Both the position numbers and the translations under genes were made by a program. 11,303 nt of DNA from Octopus sinensis (Eukaryota), in NCBI RefSeq assembly GCF_006345805.1, contig NW_021827039.1:1-11303 (forward strand), written 5' to 3'. Shown here in pieces: positions 1 through 7,967 of the stretch (position 1 is its first letter; the number at the start of each line of letters is the position of its first letter). The notes under the pieces are model-generated. The model was not told the origin of the DNA, made no database searches, and was given only the letters and a program-made list of their open reading frames with translations.

Positions 1-226
1 ATTTTAAATATGAGAACTTTTATAATAGGTTTTATATTCAATTGTTTATAGGGTTTATTTTAGATTATTTTAGATTATATATTGATTATATATAGATTAT
101 ATATAGATTATATATATATTATATTTTTATTTTTTTTATATTCTTTCATTGATAATTTATTATTTTATTATTTTATATTTTAATTATTTTAAATTATATT
201 TTAAAATATTGATATTTTTAGATCGA

Positions 227-279
227 AAATCCACCTGAAGATTGTCGGTAGCAGACATGAAACATTTGTATGGCGGTTT
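227..279 (+). ncRNA. Degenerate type I hammerhead-ribozyme-like motif in an AT-rich, pLTR-like segment
   Basis: Canonical core CTGAAGA (235-241). Stem II is TGTC/GACA (243-246/254-257) with a T.T closing mismatch. GAAAC (259-263) is followed by loop ATTT and GTA (268-270). Stem I is imperfect (AAATCCAC vs TGGCGGTTT). Confidence 0.45.
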
Positions 280-397
280 ATTTAATTTATATTAAAATTT
301 TATGTATTGATTAAGTCTTTCCTTGTTTGGTTTTAAATAGTGGTTTTGTCTCGAATTATATTATATATATATATACAGACACAAAGAGTAATATGCT

Positions 398-515
398 TTA
401 TTTAAAAGCAGCAGAATTTAACAAAACCTGTTACTCGGAGTTTCACTTCCCCCGACGAACGGGAACGTGAAACTCCGAGTAACAGGTTTTGTTGAATTCT
501 GCTGCTTTTAAATAA
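398..515. repeat. 118-bp near-perfect foldback palindrome
   Basis: Left arm 398-451 (TTATTTAAAAGCAGCAGAATTTAACAAAACCTGTTACTCGGAGTTTCAC-TTCCC) is the reverse complement of 461-515 with one substitution and one 1-nt indel. Spacer 452-460 is CCGACGAAC. Confidence 0.97.
452..490 (+). ncRNA. Hammerhead-like motif with variant core CCGACGA, stem I 5' strand missing
   Basis: CCGACGA (452-458), stem II ACG-GGAA-CGT (459-468), GAA, stem III ACT-CCG-AGT (472-480), A481, then ACAGGTTTT. The bases immediately upstream (TTCCC) do not pair with ACAGG. Confidence 0.5.
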
Positions 516-516
<1 letters not shown>

Positions 517-575
<59 letters not shown>

Positions 576-582
576 TATATAT
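517..582. repeat. (TA)n microsatellite
   Basis: Near-pure TA run with one AA interruption. Confidence 0.98.
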
Positions 583-600
583 GTAAAAATACAAACTGGG

Positions 601-815
601 ACAAGAACGCAAAACAATCAGAAGACGATACAAAAAACACGGACGGGTCATTCGAAGCCTTTAATCTTCAGTCAAGAACCGGATCATCCTCACAATTTCG
701 GCTGATTAATCTTGAGATTGCTCCAATCTGGCCAGCCCCAAGGAAAAACTAAGCTAAGCGCATTAGATTCCTTGGAAAAAAGCTTCGAATGTATACGAAA
801 CAAGAACGGAAAAAC
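601..815. repeat. Unclassified element with nested inverted repeats and short flanking direct repeats
   Basis: Outer IR 649-662/778-791 (13/14). Inner IRs: CCAAGGAA/TTCCTTGG 738-745/768-775, AGATTG/CAATCT 715-720/724-729, TCAAGA/TCTTGA 672-677/710-715. Direct repeat ACAAGAACG at 601 and 800. Confidence 0.45.
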
Positions 816-1230
816 GGTCAATGTTACACGACTATGAATAAAAAAATAATACGAAAAAAAAATAACAATAATAATAATAACCGTAACAGGACATCACAAC
901 AGGCGTCTTTCGACTTAGGCGAACTGAATTCAGCTTGCGTGTTAGGAATGTGCCTTGGGGCAGAGAAAAAGATGTTGATATTACCACAACCGCTGCCAGA
1001 GCCAAAAGGCCAGCAGTCGGCCAGTCAGTCACGTGTGAAGAGAAGAGAGAGAGGAAAAGAGGGACAGAGGAATTAAGGAGGGGGAAAGAGAGAGAGCGAG
1101 AAAAAGAGACAGGGACAAAGTGAAACGGTGGCTTTTAACGGGTGGAGAGGATTCGCAATCTAGACTAGGGTCTGAAAGTTTACCTCACCATAGTGTGGTT
1201 ACACCATGGTTCCTCTGCTTTGTGGCAGAA

Positions 1231-1421
1231 GTAGGAAGAAAGAGTGAGAGAATGTTGTGGTGAAAGAGTACAGCGGGGTTCACCACCACACCCCGCCGGA
1301 GCCTCGTGGAGCTTAGGTGGCTTTGCTCAATAAACACTCACGATGCCCGATCTGGGAATCGAAACCGCGTTCTTACGACCGCGAGTCCGCTGCCCTAACC
1401 ACTGGGCCATTGCGCTTCCAC
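1231..1421 (-). mobile_element. tRNA-derived SINE, 5' portion
   Basis: Minus strand reads GTGGAAGCGCAA-TGGCCCAGTGG (Pol III A box), then GGTTTCGATTCC (B box) at tRNA-like spacing, followed by a non-tRNA body. The left boundary is approximate. Confidence 0.8.
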
Positions 1422-1426
1422 TGAGG

Positions 1427-1467
1427 CTGTTGTTGCTGCTGCTGTTGTTGTTGTTGCTACCGTTGTT
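1427..1467. repeat. (TTG/CTG)n trinucleotide microsatellite
   Basis: Mixed TTG and CTG units directly abutting the SINE head. Confidence 0.9.
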
Positions 1468-1844
1468 AAGGGTTCTTAAAGATTATTTATTAAAGGAAAC
1501 CACTTCAGTGTTTTGTGAAGAGGGCCACTGACGACTGTTAGAAAGCGGGTAGGGGTTACAATCAGATATCTTCTTTGACACTCCGTCTCCCGTTGTCGAG
1601 TACCTGTTTGTATAGTTAAACCCCGCCCCCACATATACACCCGACAACCCACCTACCAATAAACCCCAGCCAATGTGGCACCCTAATATATGGATATTTG
1701 AAACGCTGGAAGTAGCAGTCAAATCTCCCAACTACCTCAATTTTCACATCATCGACAATGAGGTACATACTGGATAATCACGGCTGGAATGTCTTTGTTC
1801 GTGGGTGAGCTTGATCAGAGCTCATCGTGTGGTTAAGCATTAAC

Positions 1845-2200
1845 AGCTTCATATTTATAGGAAATGGATCTCCGTCTATGAACTACCGCCAAAAAAGCTA
1901 AACCGCTTCCTCGTGAATTTCCTGAGAAGGTTGCTGAAAATCAACTGGCAAGAAAAGGTCGTAGACACGCGGGGGGAGGGCCTCTCGAGCTGGCCTGAAA
2001 AGCGTTTTCGCACTTCTGAGGAAATCTTAAGTCAGGTGAGCAGGCTACGTTCTTCCAAATGCTCGACAAACGTTTCCCGAAGAGATTGTTCTACAGCGAA
2101 TTGGCGGCAGGTAACCACGTGCAAGGTGGACAGAAAAAGCGCTCCAAGGACACACTCAAAGCCTCGATGATGTGCTTCGAGATCAACCCCCGACACCATT
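1845..2200 (+). mobile_element. RTE-clade (BovB-like) LINE fragment, C-terminal part of the ORF, disrupted
   Basis: Stitched frames give KKLNRFLVNFLRRLLKINWQEKVVDT, RAGLKSVFALLRKS*VR*AGYV and MLDKRFPKRLFYSELAAGNHVQGGQKKRSKDTLKASMMCFEINP (from 2059). These resemble the RTE post-RT motifs WAGHV, LxYGEL and GGQKKRFKDTLK. Stops and frameshifts are present. Confidence 0.88.
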
Positions 2201-2216
2201 GCGAGGAGGCACCAGA

Positions 2217-2309
2217 TGAGCATGTCCCTTAGTGGTTGACAGTATGTGCATCTCAGAGCAGGAGTAGTGGTAGAACACGATAGCCATGTGTTAAGAGGGA
2301 TTCTTTGGG
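2217..2309. repeat. ~95-bp diverged direct repeat, copy A (partner at 2816-2911)
   Basis: TGAGCATGTCCCTTAGT...AGAGGGATTCTTTGGG occurs here and at 2816-2911. The ends are identical and the middle is diverged. Confidence 0.85.
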
Positions 2310-2334
2310 ATTTTCCCCTTGCCTGACCATAACC

Positions 2335-2562
2335 TATTTCTGTATTACCCACAAGGGGCTAAACATAGAGGGGACAAACAAGGACAGACATAGGTATTAA
2401 GTCGATTACATCGACCCTAGTGCATAACTGGTACTTAATTTATCGACCCTGGAAGGATGAAAGGCAAAGTCAACCTCGGCGGAATTTGAACTCAGAACGT
2501 AACGGCAGACGAAATACCGCTAAGCATTTCGCCCGGCGTACTAATGCTTCTACCAGTTCGCC
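2335..2562 (-). mobile_element. tRNA-derived SINE, tandem copy 1
   Basis: Minus strand has a GGCGAACTGGTAGAAG head, B box GAGTTCAAATTCC and an internal doubled GGGTCGAT motif. Same family as 10553-11096. Confidence 0.88.
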
Positions 2563-2573
2563 TGACCATAACC

Positions 2574-2801
2574 TATTTCTGTATTACCCACAAGGGGCTA
2601 AACATAGAGGAGACAAACAAGGACAGACATAGGTATTAAGTCGATTACATCGATCCTAGTGCATAACTGGTACTTAATTTATCGACCCCGGAAGGATGAA
2701 AGGCAAAGTCAACCTCGGCGGAATTTGAACTCAGAACGTAACGGCAGACGAAATACCGCTAAGCATTTCGCCCGGCGTACTAATGCTTCTACCAGCTCGC
2801 C
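2574..2801 (-). mobile_element. tRNA-derived SINE, tandem copy 2
   Basis: 239-bp period with copy 1 and only 4 substitutions. Both copies are bounded by the 14-mer GCCTGACCATAACC (2321, 2560, 2799). Confidence 0.88.
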
Positions 2802-2815
2802 TGACCATAACCATT

Positions 2816-2911
2816 TGAGCATGTCCCTTAGTAGCTAACAATACGTGCGTCTCTAATCATGAGGAGTAATGGGGAAGCATCATAACCTTGTGTTGAGAGG
2901 GATTCTTTGGG
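2816..2911. repeat. ~95-bp diverged direct repeat, copy B
   Basis: Aligns to 2217-2309. Confidence 0.85.
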
Positions 2912-3085
2912 GTTTGAATAAATGTAAGAAAAGCAAAGTCTGAAGGAAATATTAGCCAGTTGTCATACTTTCCAGGGGTAAGCAAACAGGAAATAAGAGC
3001 TGCTACCCAAGGACCAAAACCATGTTACACAATGCAAGGTTTTCTCAAACTTCCTTTCACAGGTTCTGATTGATTCTTTGATAAT

Positions 3086-3310
3086 GGTGAAGGTGCGAAG
3101 CATAACGATTATGATGTTGCACTCAAAATTGCAAAATCGCGGTTTCGATTTCCGAACCGGGCGACGCATTATATTCTTGAGAAATCCTAGTTTGTTTCAC
3201 GTTGCTACGGCGCACTCAGCCGTGAGTTACTATGCGACAGACTGGCGTCCCGTTCAGGGTCAGGGTTGTGATCAGGGTTACTGCTTATGTGCCACGGAAA
3301 CCGGGGAAAA
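3086..3310 (+). mobile_element. Old, diverged tRNA-derived SINE with CORE-like central block
   Basis: Degenerate head GGTGAAGGTGCG and B box GGTTTCGATTTCC (3141-3153). A decayed CORE-like TTCTTGAG...TTTCACGTTGCT...CACTCAGC block is followed by GACTGGCGTCCCGTTCAGGG. The family call is from recall. Confidence 0.65.
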
Positions 3311-3432
3311 GGTCCTAGACCTTAAGGTAAAAATGTCCGTGTGTTACCTGACATGCATGCATAAACAAAGAGAGAGAGAGAGATGGATATATATATATAT
3401 ATTTAAATACAACCTATATATGTATATATATA

Positions 3433-3600
3433 TATACATATAAGGAGAATTCACAAAAAAAAAGAAGTGTATGTAAACAGATGTATTAGTTTAACGCTCG
3501 GGAAGTGAAAAATCTTTAACGTTTCGAGCCTACGCTCTTCCACAGGAAGAAACAGGGAGTGAAAATAAAGAATGTGTAGTGGCTAGCAATCTATCATGGC
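3433..3600 (-). mobile_element. Short pLTR-like fragment carrying a hammerhead-like motif
   Basis: Non-repetitive 170-bp block between TA-rich microsatellites. Minus strand 3550-3513 reads TCTT C CTGTGGAA GAGC-GTAG-GCTC GAAACGT T AAAGA. Confidence 0.5.
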
Positions 3601-3916
3601 GAATATATATATGTGTGTGTGTGTGTCTGTGTGTCTGTGTGTGTGCGTGTTGTGTGTGCGCGCGTGTATGAGTGTACATAGATACATACATACATGCATA
3701 CATGCGTGTATATATAAACATATATACAGATGTATATAGACACATTTATAAATATATCCAGGTAGGTAGGTAGACAGACAGACAAACAAACAGACAGACA
3801 GACAGACAGATAGATAGATAGACGGACAAACCGGCAGGTAGGTAGGTCGGTAGGTAGGTAGGTAGGTAGGTAGGTAGGTAGGTAGAGAGAGAGAGCCAGA
3901 GAGAGAGAGAGAGAGA
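3601..3916. repeat. Compound microsatellite (TG, TACA, GGTA, GACA, GATA, GA)
   Basis: Consecutive di- and tetranucleotide arrays. Confidence 0.95.
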
Positions 3917-3923
3917 CGAATGT

Positions 3924-4142
3924 ATACTCCTTTACTCTTATACTTGTTTCAGTCATGTGATTGTGGCCATGCTGGAGCACCGCCTTAGTCGAGGAAATAG
4001 ACCCAGGACTTATTCTTTGTAAGCCTAGTACCTATTCTATCGGTCTCTTTTGCCGAACCGCTAAGTTACGGGACATAAACACCCAGCATCGGTTGTCAAG
4101 CGATGTTGGGGGGACAACACAGACACACAACATACCACACAA

Positions 4143-4185
<43 letters not shown>

Positions 4186-4349
4186 TACGACGGGCTTCTT
4201 TCAGTTTCCGTCTACCAAATCCACTCACAGGCTTTGGTCGGCCCGGGGCTATAGTAGAAGACACTTGTCCAAGGTGCCACGCAATGGGACTGAACCCGGA
4301 ACCATGTGGTTGGTAAGCAGCTACTTACCACACAGCCACTCCTGCGCCT
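3924..4349 (-). mobile_element. Full-length tRNA-derived CORE-type SINE with internal TA/TG microsatellite and LINE-like 3' tail
   Basis: A box TGGCTGTGTGG, B box GGTTCAGTCCC and CORE-like GGCACCTTGGACAAGTGTCTT. Internal microsatellite at about 4142-4187. The tail GGCGGTGCTCCAGCATGGCC...CTGAAACAAG is followed by AAGAGTA/AGGAGTA repeats. Confidence 0.8.
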
Positions 4350-4351
4350 AT

Positions 4352-4526
4352 TTATACATATATACGACGGGCTTCTTTCAGTTTCCGTCTACCAAATCCA
4401 CTCACAAGGTTTTGGTCAGCCCGAGGCTATAGTAGAAGACACTTGCCCAAGGTGCCACGCAGTGGGACTGAACCCGGAACCATGTGGTTGGTTAGCAAGC
4501 TACTTACCACACAACCACTTGCTATT
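4352..4526 (-). mobile_element. Second 5' half (head + CORE) of the same SINE, in tandem
   Basis: 177-bp period with the head of 3924-4349. About 7 substitutions and 2 indels over about 153 bp. The extreme 5' end is degenerate. Confidence 0.85.
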
Positions 4527-4806
4527 TCGAATGAGATATCCTAACAGTTCACCTTTCCTTAAAACTCCACGTAAGTCCATGAATGCCCAAATTGCAATTA
4601 CTTCTCGAATTTTCGCTCGTTATTATATTTACTCGGATACTTTCCAGAGTTTATGTCACAGAGAAGAATAAAACAGAGATTCGGTTCAGCTTTATTCGTT
4701 TTAACATAAATTGCGTAATATCTATGAGTTTATAACAGAAAAAATTTTTAAGCGAACCTCCATTTTTTATCAACTCTTGTACACCTACACACCACCCTAT
4801 ATCTGG

Positions 4807-4874
4807 GTGTGTGTGTGTGTGTGTAGTGTATCAATATAACTGGCGATGTGTGTATGAGACAATAGTGGAGATTA

Positions 4875-4921
<47 letters not shown>

Positions 4922-5054
4922 TACACATACATATATACATACACACACATATATATATATATATATACGCACACATATATATATAACCCACATATATATA
5001 TACACAAACATATATATATATACACATATATATACACACACATATATATATATA

Positions 5055-5104
<50 letters not shown>

Positions 5105-5555
5105 TATATATATATACATACATATATATACATACTATATATACACACATATATATATATGTTGTGTGTGTGTATATATGTATATACATACATACATGCA
5201 TACATATATATGTGTGTGTGTGTATGTATTTGTGTATAAATACATACGTATACTTATACATACATGCAGATATTTACACATACACGCATATTTATATCTA
5301 TATACACGGATGCATATATATTTGTGTGCATGTGTGTGGGGGTGGGGGTGTCTGTGTGTTTATACAGAGAGAAACAGCTACATACATGCATACATGTACA
5401 TCTGTGCACACACACACAACACACACACACATCTATATATACATATATATATATACATTCATACATAAACATAAATACATACATATGCATATACACATAT
5501 ACATGCATATGAAACTCCCCCCCACACACACACACACAGACACACAGACACACAC
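4807..5555. repeat. Long compound TA/CA/TG microsatellite
   Basis: About 750 bp of TA, CA, TG and TACA units. Source of the I/Y/V/C-rich pseudo-ORFs. Confidence 0.97.
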
Positions 5556-5602
5556 CTCACATCCCCACCCCTGCATGTCTGTGTGTCGGTGTTTATGCCA
5601 AA

Positions 5603-5750
5603 GGCCCAATGGTGTCATGGTGAGCGGTTTCACGGATGTAAGAAGTCGGCCTACCGCTGCCGCGACCCAGTTTCGATTCCCACCTGGCTTCACTTCACTT
5701 ATGTTACTAAAGCCTCGGGGGAAATGGATGAGAATCCCCAAATCCCACTT
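5603..5750 (+). mobile_element. tRNA-like SINE head with extended A-B box spacing
   Basis: A-box-like TGGTGTCATGG (5610-5620), hairpin CGGC-CTACCGCT-GCCG, B box GTTTCGATTCC (5670-5680). No convincing acceptor stem, so not called a tRNA gene. Confidence 0.55.
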
Positions 5751-5865
5751 CCTTCATTTTCTTTCTTGTTTTTATATGTTTTTGTTTATTTTTTTATTTG
5801 GTTGTTTGTGTTTCTTATTAGCTTACACAGGCGCCGCTCTCAGGGGTGAAAAATGTATCATACAT

Positions 5866-6036
5866 TATAATCATCATCATCATCATCGCCATAGCAATAC
5901 TATTTAATAGCAGCAGTAAAATCGTTAATATCATAATCACCGTAATCATCATCATTATCGCCGTAGTCGTCGCCATCGCCGACATGCTTATGATATTAAA
6001 CGAAAAGGAAGAAAACAAGAAACAAGCATCATCATC

Positions 6037-6089
<53 letters not shown>

Positions 6090-6303
6090 TAATAATAATG
6101 ATAACAATAATAATAATAATGATGATAATTAATAATAATAATAATGATAATAATAATGATGATGATAATAATAATAATAATAATAAAAATAATAATAATA
6201 AATAATAATGATAATAATAATAATAATAATAGTAATAATAATAACAATAATAATAATAATGATGATAATAATAACAATAATAATAATAATAATAATGATA
6301 ATA

Positions 6304-6364
<61 letters not shown>

Positions 6365-6424
6365 TAATAATAATGATGAAATGAAGAAGAATGATGATCA
6401 TAATGATGATGATGATGATGATGA
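5866..6424. repeat. Compound trinucleotide array (ATC/GTC to AAT/AAC/GAT)
   Basis: About 560 bp, including a near-pure AAT-based run from about 6037 to 6375. Confidence 0.97.
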
Positions 6425-6490
6425 TTTCATATACTTGCCGCAAGGACGAAGGATGAGGGGAACAATACAAAGACAGACATAAAATGTTGG
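6423..6490 (-). mobile_element. Diverged 3' end of the 2335/10867 SINE family
   Basis: Plus strand ATTTCATATACTTGCCGCAAGGACG...GAGGGGAACAATACAAAGACAGACA aligns to SINE ATTTCTGTATTACCCACAAGGGG...GAGGGGACAAACAAGGACAGACA. Confidence 0.6.
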
Positions 6491-6772
6491 GGAGTTTACA
6501 AATAATGAAATGCAGAGAAAGAAAGAAAGAAAGAAAGAACGAAAACATGCGTAAATTGCATGAAAAATAAAAAATCAAGATATAAAAACGAATCGCCGTA
6601 AACATTGTATAAATTCGGCAAAGAAATTCATTTTCGGGATGTAGCCTGGAGGGTTTTTCCGTATTAATCGTTTGGACTTTGTGAACACATACCAATTGTT
6701 TTCATAACATTTTTAACGCTTTGAATTAAATGTGACCATTTTGCGTTGAGTCTGCAGTTTGAATCACTTTAA

Positions 6773-6993
6773 CCCTTTCATTACCAACCCGGCTGAAACC
6801 GCCTCTGGCTCTGTAGCACAAATGCCTTGTTTTCATAAGTTTTGAATTAAAATCTTCCACCAAACCTTAGTCACAATTTGTGTTCCTAACACTAGCTGAA
6901 TGATAACTAAGTTATTTTACTAAATTCTTTGTTATATTTAAAGTAATTGAAAGAAACACAGAGCATCTCAACAGAAATATGGTAACAAAAGGG
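6773..6993. mobile_element. piggyBac-type MITE copy 1 (221 bp)
   Basis: TTAA 6769-6772 precedes TIR CCCTTTCATTACCA. The right TIR TGGTAACAAAAGGG matches 12/14 and is followed by TTCA (mutated TTAA). Non-coding. Confidence 0.85.
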
Positions 6994-7017
6994 TTCAAGT
7001 CACCATGATATTTTTAA

Positions 7018-7238
7018 CCCTTTTGATACCGACCTTGTTGAAACCACCTCTGGCTCTGTAGTACAAATATCTTGTTTTCATAAGTTTTGAATTAAAATCT
7101 TCCACCAATCCTTAGTCACAATTTATGTTCCTAACACTAGCTAAATGATAACTAAGTTATTTTACTAAATTCTTTGTTATATTTAAAGTAATTGAAAGAA
7201 AGACAGAGCATCTCAAAATAAATACAGTAACGAAGGGG
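7018..7238. mobile_element. piggyBac-type MITE copy 2 (221 bp)
   Basis: TTAA at 7014-7017 and 7239-7242. TIRs CCCTTTTGATACCG / CAGTAACGAAGGGG match 10/14. About 90% identical to copy 1 with no indels. Confidence 0.85.
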
Positions 7239-7284
7239 TTAACCAAATTTTAGCAGGCCGGATTTTTGATCATCACGATACATC

Positions 7285-7334
7285 GCCAGCGACTCCCTGA
7301 AACTCTCCCCTGAAATCCCCGTTGAGAAATACTG
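7285..7334. mobile_element. Possible solo hAT/Charlie-like terminal fragment
   Basis: GTTGAGAAATACTG (7321-7334) has reverse complement CAGTATTTCTCAAC, resembling Charlie-type TIRs. It is preceded by two CCCTGAAA sub-terminal motifs. No partner end found. Confidence 0.35.
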
Positions 7335-7642
7335 ATCTAAAAGAATAATTCAACAATGCAATTATTTGACCAACAAAAAATTATGAAACGCTTCTACGTA
7401 CTTCCTACTGAGGAAATGGAACACATAAGGGCGAAAATAGAGGGCATTAAATGCTTGATTTTAAAACCAAAATAATTGAATTTTGATTGAACTTCATCCA
7501 AGTTTAGCTTAATTCGCGCGTGCATAGAACGCACGAGCGCACGCACGTGCACTGTGTAAGAAAGTATTGATTTTACACTCACAGATTAATCGATTTTCCT
7601 CAGTGCGATCAATAGTCACACAAAGCCAGGCAATACTGCTAG

Positions 7643-7673
<31 letters not shown>

Positions 7674-7676
7674 ATG

Positions 7677-7715
<39 letters not shown>

Positions 7716-7762
7716 TATGTACATATATATGTATGTATATATGTATATACATATATATATAC

Positions 7763-7800
<38 letters not shown>

Positions 7801-7920
7801 TAATACATACATATATGTACATACATACATATATATGCATATATATGTACATGTACATACATATATCTGCACATATACATACATACATTATGTGCATACA
7901 TACATTTTATGTATATATAT

Positions 7921-7964
<44 letters not shown>

Positions 7965-7966
7965 AT
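7643..7966. repeat. (TA)n/TACA microsatellite, left flank of the PLE
   Basis: TA-dominated array abutting the truncated PLE RT. Confidence 0.97.
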
Positions 7967-7967
7967 T

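Noticed and set aside
640-680. Minus-strand CTGAAGA...CGAATG...GTC as a fifth hammerhead
   Set aside because: There is no stem II, GAAT replaces GAAA, and there is no stem I complementarity.
832-1032. Minus-strand ORF with a signal-peptide-like stretch (GLLALAAVVVISTSFS)
   Set aside because: It starts at GTG rather than ATG, has no clear splice acceptor or strong donor, runs into an (ATT)n microsatellite, and resembles no family I recognise.
1350-1421. tRNA-like sequences here and at 5603-5690 as true tRNA genes
   Set aside because: The A/B boxes are present, but the acceptor stems and cloverleaves are incomplete and continue into SINE bodies.
1470-1840. Non-repetitive segment with an 82-aa minus-strand ORF
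   Set aside because: It has no recognisable motif or exon signals, so it is left unannotated. The same applies to 4530-4800 and 6545-6765.
2321-2812. Three regularly spaced 14-mers resembling a CRISPR array
   Set aside because: The spacers are near-identical 225-bp SINE copies in a eukaryotic context. The pattern is explained by TSD-mediated duplication.
4748-5907. Long I/Y/V/C/H-rich ORFs (up to 269 aa), also at 3530-3980 and 7509-8119
   Set aside because: These are translations of TA/CA/TG microsatellites, which lack stop codons in most frames.
5818-6695. Poly-I/N/D/L/Y ORFs on both strands
   Set aside because: These are translations of the AAT/GAT array with no coding signal.
7511-7555. 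CpG-dense patch (CGCGCG...GCACGAGCGCACGCACGTGCAC) as a promoter
   Set aside because: It is very short, best explained as a degenerate (GCAC)n repeat, and has no associated gene.
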